Source: Eledone cirrhosa
Lineage: Eukaryota
Direction of reading: 5' to 3'
Assembly: GCA_964016885.1 (NCBI GenBank)
Contig: OZ024742.1
Coordinates: forward strand, 366,916,001 to 366,980,000
DNA: 64,000 nt
Each line of letters opens with the position of its first letter. Positions within the stretch are counted from its first letter, which is position 1. Shown here in pieces: positions 42,187 through 52,277 of the stretch. The notes beneath the pieces are model-generated. The model worked only from the letters and a program-made list of their open reading frames with translations. It was not told the origin of the DNA and searched no databases. The translations under genes were made by a program, and so were the position numbers.

Positions 42187-42745
42187 CTATATACGCACAC
42201 ATACACACATTCTACATTATATACACACACATACACACATTCTACTTTGTATACACACACATACACACATTCTACTTTGTATACACACACATACACACAT
42301 TCTACATTATATACACACACATACACACCATTCTACTTTATATACGCACACATACACACCATTCTACTATATACACACACATACACAGCATTCTACTTTA
42401 TATACACACATACACAGCATTCTACTTTATATACACACATACACACCATTCTACTTTATATACACACATACACAGCATTCTACTTTATATACACATATAC
42501 ACACCATTCTACTTTATATACACGCATACACAGCATTCTACTTTATATACACACATACACAGCATTCTACTTTATATACACACATACACAGCATTCTACT
42601 TTATATACACACATACACACCATTTTACTTTATATACACACATACACACCATTCTACTTTATATACACACATACACATCATTCTACTTTATATACACACA
42701 TACACAGCATTCTACTTTATATACACACATACACACCATTCTACT
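42187..42745. repeat. ~29-bp minisatellite (CATTCTACTTTATATACACACATACACAC/G)
   Basis: About 19 tandem copies; they explain the H/T/Y-rich ORFs. Confidence 0.95.
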
Positions 42746-42928
42746 GTAACTGCCCATAAGCCAATTCTTCTTTGCTGCTGCTCTCCTCTCTATCTCTCCT
42801 ATCTCTCCTCTCTCTCTCTCTCTCCCCTCTCTCCCTCCTCTCTCCCCTTCCTTCCCTCCCCGACTCTCGTCCTTACTCTCCCTATCTCTCACCTCTTTGT
42901 CTCTCAGTCTCTCCTGTCCCTCTTTCTC

Positions 42929-42988
<60 letters not shown>

Positions 42989-43095
42989 AAAACTATTATA
43001 TATTGTATTTTGTCTGATTTAATTTGGTATCCCTGAAATATGTATAATGAAATAAATATAGTTTTATAAATATAATTTCCATTTATTAATATCGT

Positions 43096-43167
<72 letters not shown>

Positions 43168-43173
<6 letters not shown>

Positions 43174-43516
43174 ATAAATATTTCGTATCTCCAAAGAAAT
43201 ACAGTTTTAGGAAGACGTAGCTATGCAAACACCGGGGGGGGGGGGCTAACGCCCTCTGGTGATGTCCAGCAGAAGCAAGGTGGACAACGGTCTATGCATT
43301 TCAGCAGTTGCAAGCGGTGGGCGGGACCGTCCTGACGAAGGCCAGTTAAGCCTGAAATGCATAGACGTTTGTCCCCCTTTCTTCTGCTGGACATAACCGG
43401 AGGGCGTTAGCCCCCCCGGTGTTTGCATAGCTACGACTTCTTAAAACTGCATTTCTTTGGAGGTACGAAATATTTATACATATTGTATAAAGCTATGCTT
43501 GAAGCAAAATCCTATT

Positions 43517-43521
<5 letters not shown>
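43168..43521. mobile_element. Fold-back element, family B (inverted arms 43168-43304 / 43352-43483), in a (TA)n tract
   Basis: Arms are imperfect reverse complements (GTAGCTATGCAAACACCGGGG / CCCCGGTGTTTGCATAGCTAC). The centre holds a hammerhead. Confidence 0.75.
43328..43367 (+). ncRNA. Minimal type I hammerhead ribozyme (family B)
   Basis: CGTC-CTGACGA-AGGC-cagttaa-GCCT-GAAA-TGCA-TA-GACG. All core bases present, perfect stems I and II, palindromic stem III. Stem I extends as GGGAC/GTCCC across a TTT bulge. Confidence 0.85.
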
Positions 43522-43571
<50 letters not shown>

Positions 43572-43572
<1 letters not shown>

Positions 43573-44006
43573 TGCTGTAGTGGAGTCTTGTGCTGCTGTA
43601 CGGGTCTGAGACTTGGACACTGACCGAGAAACTCACTCAGATGGTGGATGGGTGCTACACGAGAATGCTGAGGATGGCTCTGAACATTAATCAGTATACA
43701 CTGAGGATGAAAAACTCAGAGCTGTATGGGAGCATCCCAAAAGTCAGCTCAAAAGTGACACAGAGGAGACTGAGGTTAGCTGGACATGCTCACCGACATC
43801 CAGAGTTGGCATTGCACTCAGTGCTCCTTTGGGAGCCCATACATGGACACACTAGAAGAGGAAGACTAAGGTTAACGTATGTTGATGCCCTATGGACAGA
43901 CACTGGTCTGTTGGAGACGCAGGACATGGCAGCGATAATGAGGGACAGAGTCCGCTGGAGAGGACTCGTCCATGGATCTCGAGAATTTTACCCGCCCTAG
44001 ATAGAT

Positions 44007-44007
<1 letters not shown>
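43572..44007 (+). mobile_element. 5'-truncated RTE-clade LINE (C-terminal ORF remnant, 43590-44000)
   Basis: LLYGSETWTLT...DGCYTRMLR...RRLRLAGH...LLWEP...RGR is the typical RTE C-terminus; TAGA tail. Confidence 0.9.
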
Positions 44008-44024
<17 letters not shown>

Positions 44025-44042
<18 letters not shown>

Positions 44043-44086
44043 TTCGTTTAACGTCCATTTTCCACGCTAGCATGGGTTAGACGGGT
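44025..44086 (-). mobile_element. Probable 3' end of another retroposon with (GAT)n tail
   Basis: (CAT)n followed by CGTTTAACGTCC.TTTTCCA.GCT.GCATGGGTT.GACGG; recognised from memory only. Confidence 0.45.
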
Positions 44087-44246
44087 TAGTTATATATATA
44101 TATATAATAAGGAATTGACGGACCCAGCATATTTATCAATGCCAGGACCAGTTTTTATCTCAGCGTACTAAATAGGTAATGTAGGATACATTCCCAGAGT
44201 ATGCACATAGTTATTCGCTTCAATACACCACACGTAAAACGGGTGC

Positions 44247-44309
<63 letters not shown>

Positions 44310-45102
44310 CACTCATCCCTGCCTGTCTACAAGTCTGTCTCTATTGAAATTTTGTTACTTTATCTTCTAAACAGTTTTTGCCGTTTATTTTTTATTAGTC
44401 TTTTTTATATTATTTTCCTTTTCTATTCTTATTATCTCCCTTTAATTTCCTCACCATGGTAGATTTGTGGTTTTACCCCGACATTATATATTTTCTTCTA
44501 TTCTCTCATCATGGGGTCGTATGTCTATGTAATAACGTAATCGCTATTTATGTCTTAATTAATTAATTAACTTATTTTCCAATTAACTAAATAACTGACT
44601 TACTACTAAGAAGCTGTCTAATTAATTCGGTAGAAAGCTGTTGTTGTTTAGGCAGACCTTCAACAATGTATATTTGAGTTCAATGTATATTATATTTGTC
44701 TTCAGTAATGAACTAAGTAACTTCATCATCGATTAAGTCAAGAAGGAATACAGCGACCGTGACACTGATCATCGGGTACTGGTAGGAGGGAGGGAGATAT
44801 TTCAGATCAGGAACCAGACCCAGGTGTTTGTAATAGAGTGAACTCCGTTTGGGACAACCAAGAGCCAGGTGGTGGTGTACATGGGGTCAATGAATAAGGT
44901 CTACCAAACAACTACGTAACAAAATAAAGGAGCTGATCGTCAGATAGGGTCATGAGACTATTTTTCCCATTGATCTTTCCTTGGCTGAGACTATCTGCCT
45001 GTCATAGATCCTGGCACAAGAGACACGAAATAGAATATTATACTCTAAAACACAACACCCCATTCTAACATCCTAACCGCTAGTCAACGTCCCATTACTT
45101 AT

Positions 45103-45196
45103 ATAACTTTGCCTTTTATCCTTACGGGGTCGATAAAATAAAGTACCAGTAATGTACTGGGTAATTGCGGGCCTTGTGCCAAGAGTAGAAACAATT

Positions 45197-45197
<1 letters not shown>
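45103..45197 (+). mobile_element. 5'-truncated SINE S1
   Basis: AACTTTGCCTTT.ATCCTTACGGGGTCGATAAAATAAAGTACCAG...GTAGAAACAAT. Confidence 0.85.
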
Positions 45198-45250
<53 letters not shown>

Positions 45251-45251
45251 G

Positions 45252-45308
<57 letters not shown>

Positions 45309-45849
45309 GTCTGTATGTGTGCGTATGTGTGTGTGTGTGTGTGTGAGGAGTGAACAGAGTGCGAGCTGTATTTTCTGAAGAGAAAAGTCTCAGTTACTTC
45401 AATATTTCATCTCCCTCCAACAATATCTGGAACCCGTTACATATATTTCTGGTGTTGGGGCGGGATTATCATGTTATTGGTTGCGGCTTTCGTGTATGGA
45501 AATAAGGAAGTAATGTTGAATTGTTTTATGATATGTAACTAGCTGCGACTTTGTATTTTTCAGTTATTTGGATCAGTGAAAAGTAAATATATTTAACAAA
45601 TCCCTATCGAATTACTGCACTGTTCAAAGGTAAGACTTATTTTTAGTTCCTCTGAATTGTTTATGAAATTTCCTTATAGTATCCACAAAGCGAGCAGTTA
45701 GACTTTCAATTGGAAGTCGTATTACTAGGTGTTGTGTCGTGGGCCAAGTACGCTGGGGAGCATGTAGCGAAGTCAGTTAACGAAGTATTTGACAGTTGTG
45801 TGGTACTGTCACAGTTTGTGTATCATGGGATGCATAATGGCTTCATATT

Positions 45850-46048
45850 TTGACAAAAGTCCAGTAATTGTGGAAATGGAAAGATCATTTAAGTTAACCC
45901 CAATAATTTACTGGTACATTATTTTATCAACGATAAAAGGATGAAATGCAATGACCGCGGCGGGATTTGAACTCAGAAGGTAGAAAGTCGTAACTATATT
46001 CCGCAAAGCATTTTGTCCGACGCTCTACCGATACTATCTATTCGGCCT
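45850..46048 (-). mobile_element. Diverged SINE S1-related copy
   Basis: Reverse-strand B-box (GGCGGGATTTGAACTCAG on +) and CTGGTAC.TTATTTTATC. Confidence 0.7.
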
Positions 46049-46454
46049 TATCCTGTGAAACATAATGCGAGCTATAAGGACGAGAAACAATATTAATACT
46101 GTCGGATGATCGAATTTCACAATTGGTGCCAAGCTGACCAATCATTCGTTACTTCGTTCTTTCACCTTCGAATTATTGCACACAATCCTATAAAACTCTT
46201 TTAAAAACCTTGCTACGAGCTAAGACCGTTGGTAGGAGTTGTACAAATAGTTGATAATTCGCATCAGTGGTCTTTCGAAAGCTTCTTAGGAACACCACGA
46301 TGAAGAAACTCATGAGTTAGATCAAAATAAAGTACAATCCTTGATATTCGGGACTCATTCATACGAATTACGGGCCCTTGTCCAGCGGAGAACACGAGTC
46401 ATGATCAATGCTTCAACGCTAATAGATTGAACATGACAAAAACCACACATACGC

Positions 46455-46489
<35 letters not shown>

Positions 46490-46520
46490 AGTAAGGTTGC
46501 TTGGATGCGGAACAGAGTAT

Positions 46521-46717
46521 AATAATTGTTTCTACTTTTGGCACAAGGCCAGCAATTATCCCAGTGCATTACTGGTACTTTATTTTATCGACCCCGTAAG
46601 GATGAAAGGCGAAGTTAACCTCGGCGGGATTTGAACTCAGAATGGCAAGGGCCGCAACTCTATACGTCAAAGCATGGCGTCCGACCCTCTACCGATACTG
46701 CCAATCCACCGCCATAC
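46521..46717 (-). mobile_element. Full-length SINE S1 with target-site duplication
   Basis: Reverse-complement copy flanked by the direct repeat CGGAACAGAGTATAATAAT at 46508-46526 and 46718-46736. Confidence 0.9.
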
Positions 46718-46742
46718 CGGAACAGAGTATAATAATAATATA

Positions 46743-46981
46743 GAAAAGGAAGAATCAGTGATGCATTGGAACACAATTTATTACGTATTACAATTGTTTC
46801 TCCGGCGAACGGCTCGAGGTGCGATCTGTGGATTTGCTTCGAAGTCACGTAACTGGGAAACTTGCTAATCCAGAGTCTGGTTCGATCCACAAATAGATCG
46901 CACCTTGAGCTGTTCGCCGGAGAAAGAATTGTAATACGTAAATAAATTGAGTTCCGATGCATCACTGATTCTTCGTTTTCC

Positions 46982-46985
<4 letters not shown>
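46743..46985. mobile_element. Fold-back element, family E (arms 46743-46827 / 46895-46980)
   Basis: Reverse-complement arms, each reading outward TTCGCCGGA-GAAA-(C/G)AATTG-TA-ATACG-..AATAAA (hammerhead 3' half). A related copy lies at 47045-47270. Confidence 0.7.
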
Positions 46986-47047
<62 letters not shown>

Positions 47048-47091
47048 AGAAAAAAAGAGAATCAGTGTTGCGACGAATGGAATTTATTGGT

Positions 47092-47183
47092 CATATTACA
47101 ATCGTTTCTCTGGCGACCAGCTCGAGGCACAATCGATGTGATGATCTAACCTGACTCTGAAAATCGCAAGGTTCTCAGATACG
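47092..47183 (-). ncRNA. Degenerate hammerhead-like motif (family E, long stem II)
   Basis: Minus strand reads CGTAT-CTGAGAA-...-TCGCCAGA-GAAA-CGATTG-TA-ATATG. G8 is replaced by A, so it is probably inactive. Confidence 0.45.
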
Positions 47184-47268
47184 CCTTGATTCTACAAACC
47201 CGAGCTCTATGAGAGCATCGAGTGCTAATACGGCCTACGGCATGCGGACGCTTTAAGCATCCAACACC

Positions 47269-47328
<60 letters not shown>

Positions 47329-48417
47329 ATCTCACTTAACTTTAGAAAATCATCCAGATGTGAAACCGACAGTGTTATTAATAAATCTTAAAGACCCCGT
47401 TTAAATTTTAAACTTCTTTTTCCTATATTTTCACCCGTGTAGGATATAGAAAACTTACTTTCTTATATATAAACACTGTTATTCACCGTTATATTTCCTA
47501 CATATGTTATCTATGCATACTCAACCAATCACCACATATCCAAATATATGTTTTACCTCTACATAAACAATGAAAAAAGACGAACATCCCCCATCATACC
47601 ACCACACCACCACCATCTAACTTACGGCAACAGCTCAGAACAAACACGAACTCTGTATTTGATAGTGAAACATTCGTGTAAAGTCAACATAAGATCAGGA
47701 AATCACAAGTTATTTTACAATTAACTCATCTATAATAGTATTCTCTATGTTTTCTTTAACGCTAAATATTGCGTTGGACAATCTTTTTTCTTGTTGATTT
47801 ATGTACTTGATATAGGGGGCGTATGTATACACACATATATATATAAGTATATATATATATAAATAAATATAAGTATATATATATATATATATATATATAT
47901 TTCCTTATTATTTTTGTTATTATTATTAATATTTGGTTATACATATTTTACACACCAGTGTCTTCAGTTCTTGAGGCAGCTGTCTTTAATAGAAAATGCT
48001 GTTTTCAGAGAATATCCATATAAATTCTCGTCCCAACCTCTCCCCAAACCACAGATCATGTTTAGATGATGGTCATATTTTATATTTTTTCTTGGTGATG
48101 ACGATAATGGTTAAGTTAGTTGGCTGGATATACCTTTTCTTTGAAACAAAATAAATCAAACGTTTTACTTTTCTCCTTCTTCTATATGAACAAATATTGT
48201 TTTAAAAGAGAAAGTAAAAACAATATAAAGGATATTAAATAAAATATAATTAGAAATGTATTATTTAAATGCCAAGACATTTTGGCAAATTTGTCATTTA
48301 TGAAACCGGGAAATGGAATTAACTAAAACACGAATACTGGTAAAATATTAAGTCCGAAATAATCAAAGCTGATTAGTACATTTAATAAAGAGATTACTTA
48401 CACGCAGACGTACACAA

Positions 48418-48474
<57 letters not shown>

Positions 48475-48483
48475 CTAAATATA

Positions 48484-48544
<61 letters not shown>

Positions 48545-48547
48545 ATA

Positions 48548-49443
48548 CGAGGTGTGTCAGAAAAGTTCCAGGACTGATGTCACAAAAGATTTATTTCAAA
48601 CTCAAACTTCACACTAAGAGTTTTCTTCTTCAAAGTAATCCCCCTGGAGTATGTAACTGTAATCTTAGCTCTCTGCAGCGATCAAACTTTTTTCTTCATA
48701 ATTCTATATACATGACCTCTGTTTCAGGTCGTCAAGCAATGAGCACAGAGTAACGAACAAACTTGAAAACTCCGTCCGAAGCACTGGGATCGCTGCAGCA
48801 AGTGTATGGAGATGAGACGATTTCACGCTCACGCGTTTTTGAGTGGTGCAAGAGGTTTAAAGAAGGACGCGAAGACGTGGAAGATGACTCCAGGAGCAGA
48901 AGGCCCTCAATAACCAGGACGGAGGTCAACGTTCAACGCGCCAGGCAGATGGTGCGTAGTGATCGTCGGCTGACTGTTTGACTGATGGCTAATGAGCTGG
49001 GCATGAATCGGGACAGCGTGTGGAAGATTCTCACTGAAGATTTGGACATACGGAAAGTCTGCACGAAGATGGTGCCAAAACTGCTGAACGATGACCAGAA
49101 GGGTCGACGCATGCAAGTGTGCCAGGACATCCTCGAGCATCTTGAAACCGAACCTGACTTGCTAGGGACAGTCATCACCGGTGATGAGTCATGGATATTC
49201 GAGTACGACCCGGAAGTGACCCGTTTTGAAGACGTGGACGACATCAAAAAGGCCGTGCGACGGAACTGCGGAGGATCCCTGAAGAATCCTTCCAGGAGTG
49301 CATGCAAGCGTGGCAGAAAAGGATGGAAAAGTGCATTAGACCACAGGGGGATTACTTTGAAGGAGAAAACTCTTAGTGTGAAGTTTGAGTTTGAAATAAA
49401 TCTTTTGTGACATCAGTCCTGGAACCTTTTCTGACACACCTCG
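48548..49443 (+). mobile_element. Internally deleted mariner (Tc1/mariner) transposon with ~100-bp TIRs
   Basis: TA on both sides; TIR CGAGGTGTGTCAGAAAAG.TTCCAGGACTGATGTCACAAAAG. Transposase remnants VFEWCKRFKEGREDVEDD.RS.RP, KMVPKLL and ITGDESWIFEYDPE jump straight to RFEDVDDIK. Stop codon and frameshift present. Confidence 0.95.
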
Positions 49444-49505
49444 TATATATATATATACATACATATATATATAAATATACAGTAATAATGATAATATATA
49501 TATAT

Positions 49506-49790
49506 ATAGTAATAATAATAAATGTGAAAACTAAAATCCAAAGAGGGCTCGATAAGGATAAATATATATCAAATATAAAAGAACCCTAGAGCAAATATTT
49601 ATTAAGCAAAGAATCGCTGCCTTCGCCCTTAAGATCCGTTAAGGCTAAAAGCAGCGATTCTTTGCTTAAATTATAATCTGTTATTTATTTATTTGCCTAA
49701 TAAATATTTGCTCTAGGGTTCTTATATATTTTATATATATTTATCCTTATCGTGCCCTCTTTGGATTTTAGTTTTCACATTTATTATTAT

Positions 49791-49795
<5 letters not shown>
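49506..49795. mobile_element. Fold-back element, family D; second partial copy at 50893-51068
   Basis: Outer ~100-bp inverted arms plus inner hairpin TTAAGCAAAGAATCGCTGC / GCAGCGATTCTTTGCTTAA, embedded in (TA)n. Confidence 0.65.
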
Positions 49796-49846
<51 letters not shown>

Positions 49847-50391
49847 ACGTCTGCGTGTAAGTAATCTCTTTATTAAATGTACTAATCAGCTTTGATTATT
49901 TCGGACTTAATATTTTACCAGTATTCGTGTTTTAGTTAATTCCATTTCCCGGTTTCATAAATGACAAATTTGCCAAAATGTCTTGGCATTTAAATAATAC
50001 ATTTCTAATTATATTTTATTTAATATCCTTTATATTGTTTTTACTTTCTCTTTTAAAACAATATTTGTTCATATAGAAGAAGGAGAAAAGTAAAACGTTT
50101 GATTTATTTTGTTTCAAAGAAAAGGTATATCCAGCCAACTAACTTAACCATTATCGTCATCACCAAGAAAAAATATAAAATATGACCATCATCTAAACAT
50201 GATCTGTGGTTTGGGGAGAGGTTGGGACGAGAATTTATATGGATATTCTCTGAAAACAGCATTTTCTATTAAAGACAGCTGCCTCAAGAACTGAAGACAC
50301 TGGTGTGTAAAATATGTATAACCAAATATTAATAATAATTTCTTTCTTTCTTTATTTCTTTATTTATTAATAATAATAACAAAAATATTAA

Positions 50392-50442
<51 letters not shown>

Positions 50443-50863
50443 TGTATACGTAGGCCCCCTATATATAGTACATAAATCAACAAGAAAAAAGATTGTTAAT
50501 GAATTAATTCTTGTAAAATAACTTGTGATTTCCCCATCTTATGTTGACTTTACACGAATGTTTGACTATAAAATACAGAGTTCGTGTTTGTTCTGAGCTG
50601 TTACCGTAACTTAGATGGTGGTGGTGTGGTGTTATGATGGGGGGATGTTGGTCTTTTTTCATTGTTTATGTAGAGGTAAAACATATATTTGGATATGTGG
50701 TGATTGGTTGAGTATGTATAAATAACGGTGAATAACAGTGTTTATATATAAAAAAGTAAGTTTTTTATATCCTACACGGGTAAAAATATAGGAAAAAGAA
50801 GTTTAAAATTTAAACGGGGCCTTTAAGATTTATTAATAACACTGTCGATTTCGCATCTGGATG

Positions 50864-50898
<35 letters not shown>

Positions 50899-51356
50899 AT
50901 AATAATAAATTTGAAGACTACAATCCAAAGAGGATAAGGATAAATATATATCAAATATATAAGAACCCTAGAGCAAACATTTATTAAGCAAAGAATCGTT
51001 GCTTTCACTTTTAAGATCCGTTAAGGTTGAAAGCAGCGATTCTTTGCTTAAACTTTAATCTGTTATTTTAATATATATATATATATATATATAGTTGAAA
51101 ACAAAGGATATAATTAAAAGATGAAGGTGATGATGCACAGACGTATATTTAATGATTATTTGTCCTTTAATCCGTCAGAATAAACAATCTTATAACCGTT
51201 GCATTATATATAACCAGTGCCTATTGGTATAGCAATCTTATCAAATGTCAGATATTAAATTGTTACTTATTTAAAAATTGTTATGTCATATATTCTGTGA
51301 ACAGTTCGAATATATATATATATATGTGTGGGTGTGAGTGTATATATATATATATA

Positions 51357-51536
51357 GTGGTAGAACACTGTAAGGTAATATCCGTAGTGGTAGAGCACTC
51401 AGTCCATGGGACGAGTTAGGTAGAAGTGGTTACACAACAGTTAGTTCACCATACCGAGAACAATTGTTTCACCTTGGCGGATCCTTTACGAGCTGAGGAT
51501 CCGCTAAGGTGAAACAATTGTTGTGTAACCACTTCT
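51357..51536. mobile_element. Fold-back element, family C, copy 1
   Basis: Divergent hammerhead halves: GAAA-CAATTG-TT-CTCGG on (-) and CGAG-CTGAGGA-TCC-gctaa-GGT-GAAA-CAATTG-TT on (+). Homologous to 51900-52110. Confidence 0.7.
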
Positions 51537-51580
51537 ATATATATACACTCACACACACACATATATATATATTCGAACTG

Positions 51581-51683
<103 letters not shown>

Positions 51684-51829
51684 GATATATTAATAAATGG
51701 AAACTATATTTATAAATATAGTTTCCATTTGTTAGTATATCGTATTTTTACTCCAATAATTTGTTCAGGGCTTTATATCAGTTATAAAAATATTTGGTTG
51801 TTGTATCCCAACAATTCAAATAGAACTTC

Positions 51830-51899
<70 letters not shown>

Positions 51900-51905
<6 letters not shown>

Positions 51906-52105
51906 AGTAGTAACACAACAGTTAGTTCACCATACTGAGCACAATTGCTTCACCTTATGCAGATCTTCAGCTCGTACAGCGAGTCCGAGCTGAGGATCCG
52001 CTAAGGAGAAACAATTGCTCTCAGTATGGTGAACTAACTGTTGTGTAACTACTTCTACCTAACTCGTCCCATGGACTGACTGCTCTACCATTACCTTCCA
52101 GTGTT

Positions 52106-52110
<5 letters not shown>
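51900..52110. mobile_element. Fold-back element, family C, copy 2
   Basis: Inverted arms (ACACAACAGTTAGTTCACCATACTGAG / CTCAGTATGGTGAACTAACTGTTGTGT) between (GA)n and (TC)n tracts. Confidence 0.7.
51985..52024 (+). ncRNA. Minimal hammerhead (family C) with mutated cleavage-site U
   Basis: CCGAG-CTGAGGA-TCC-gctaa-GGA-GAAA-CAATTG-CT-CTCAG. The other copies give CAATTG-TT-CTCGG, i.e. an intact GUU-type ribozyme in the consensus. Confidence 0.6.
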
Positions 52111-52193
<83 letters not shown>

Positions 52194-52277
52194 CTTTGAA
52201 TAACTTTGAAATGTTTTGGCCAGTATTGGCCCAGGCCATGTCTAACTTAATAGCACCACCTGGCGAAGTCTTTCAAT

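Larger units (their letters stand above)
47346..50868. repeat. Large inverted duplication, arms 47346-48416 and 49842-50868
   Basis: Inner ~500 bp (47920-48416 vs 49842-50338) look identical by eye; outer ~550 bp differ by substitutions and indels. Confidence 0.9.

Noticed and set aside
39911-43194. Many Y/I/H/T-rich ORFs
   Set aside because: Micro- and minisatellite translations.
44985-45035. Hammerhead candidate CTGAGAC...GAAA
   Set aside because: Core mismatched, and no stem I or III.
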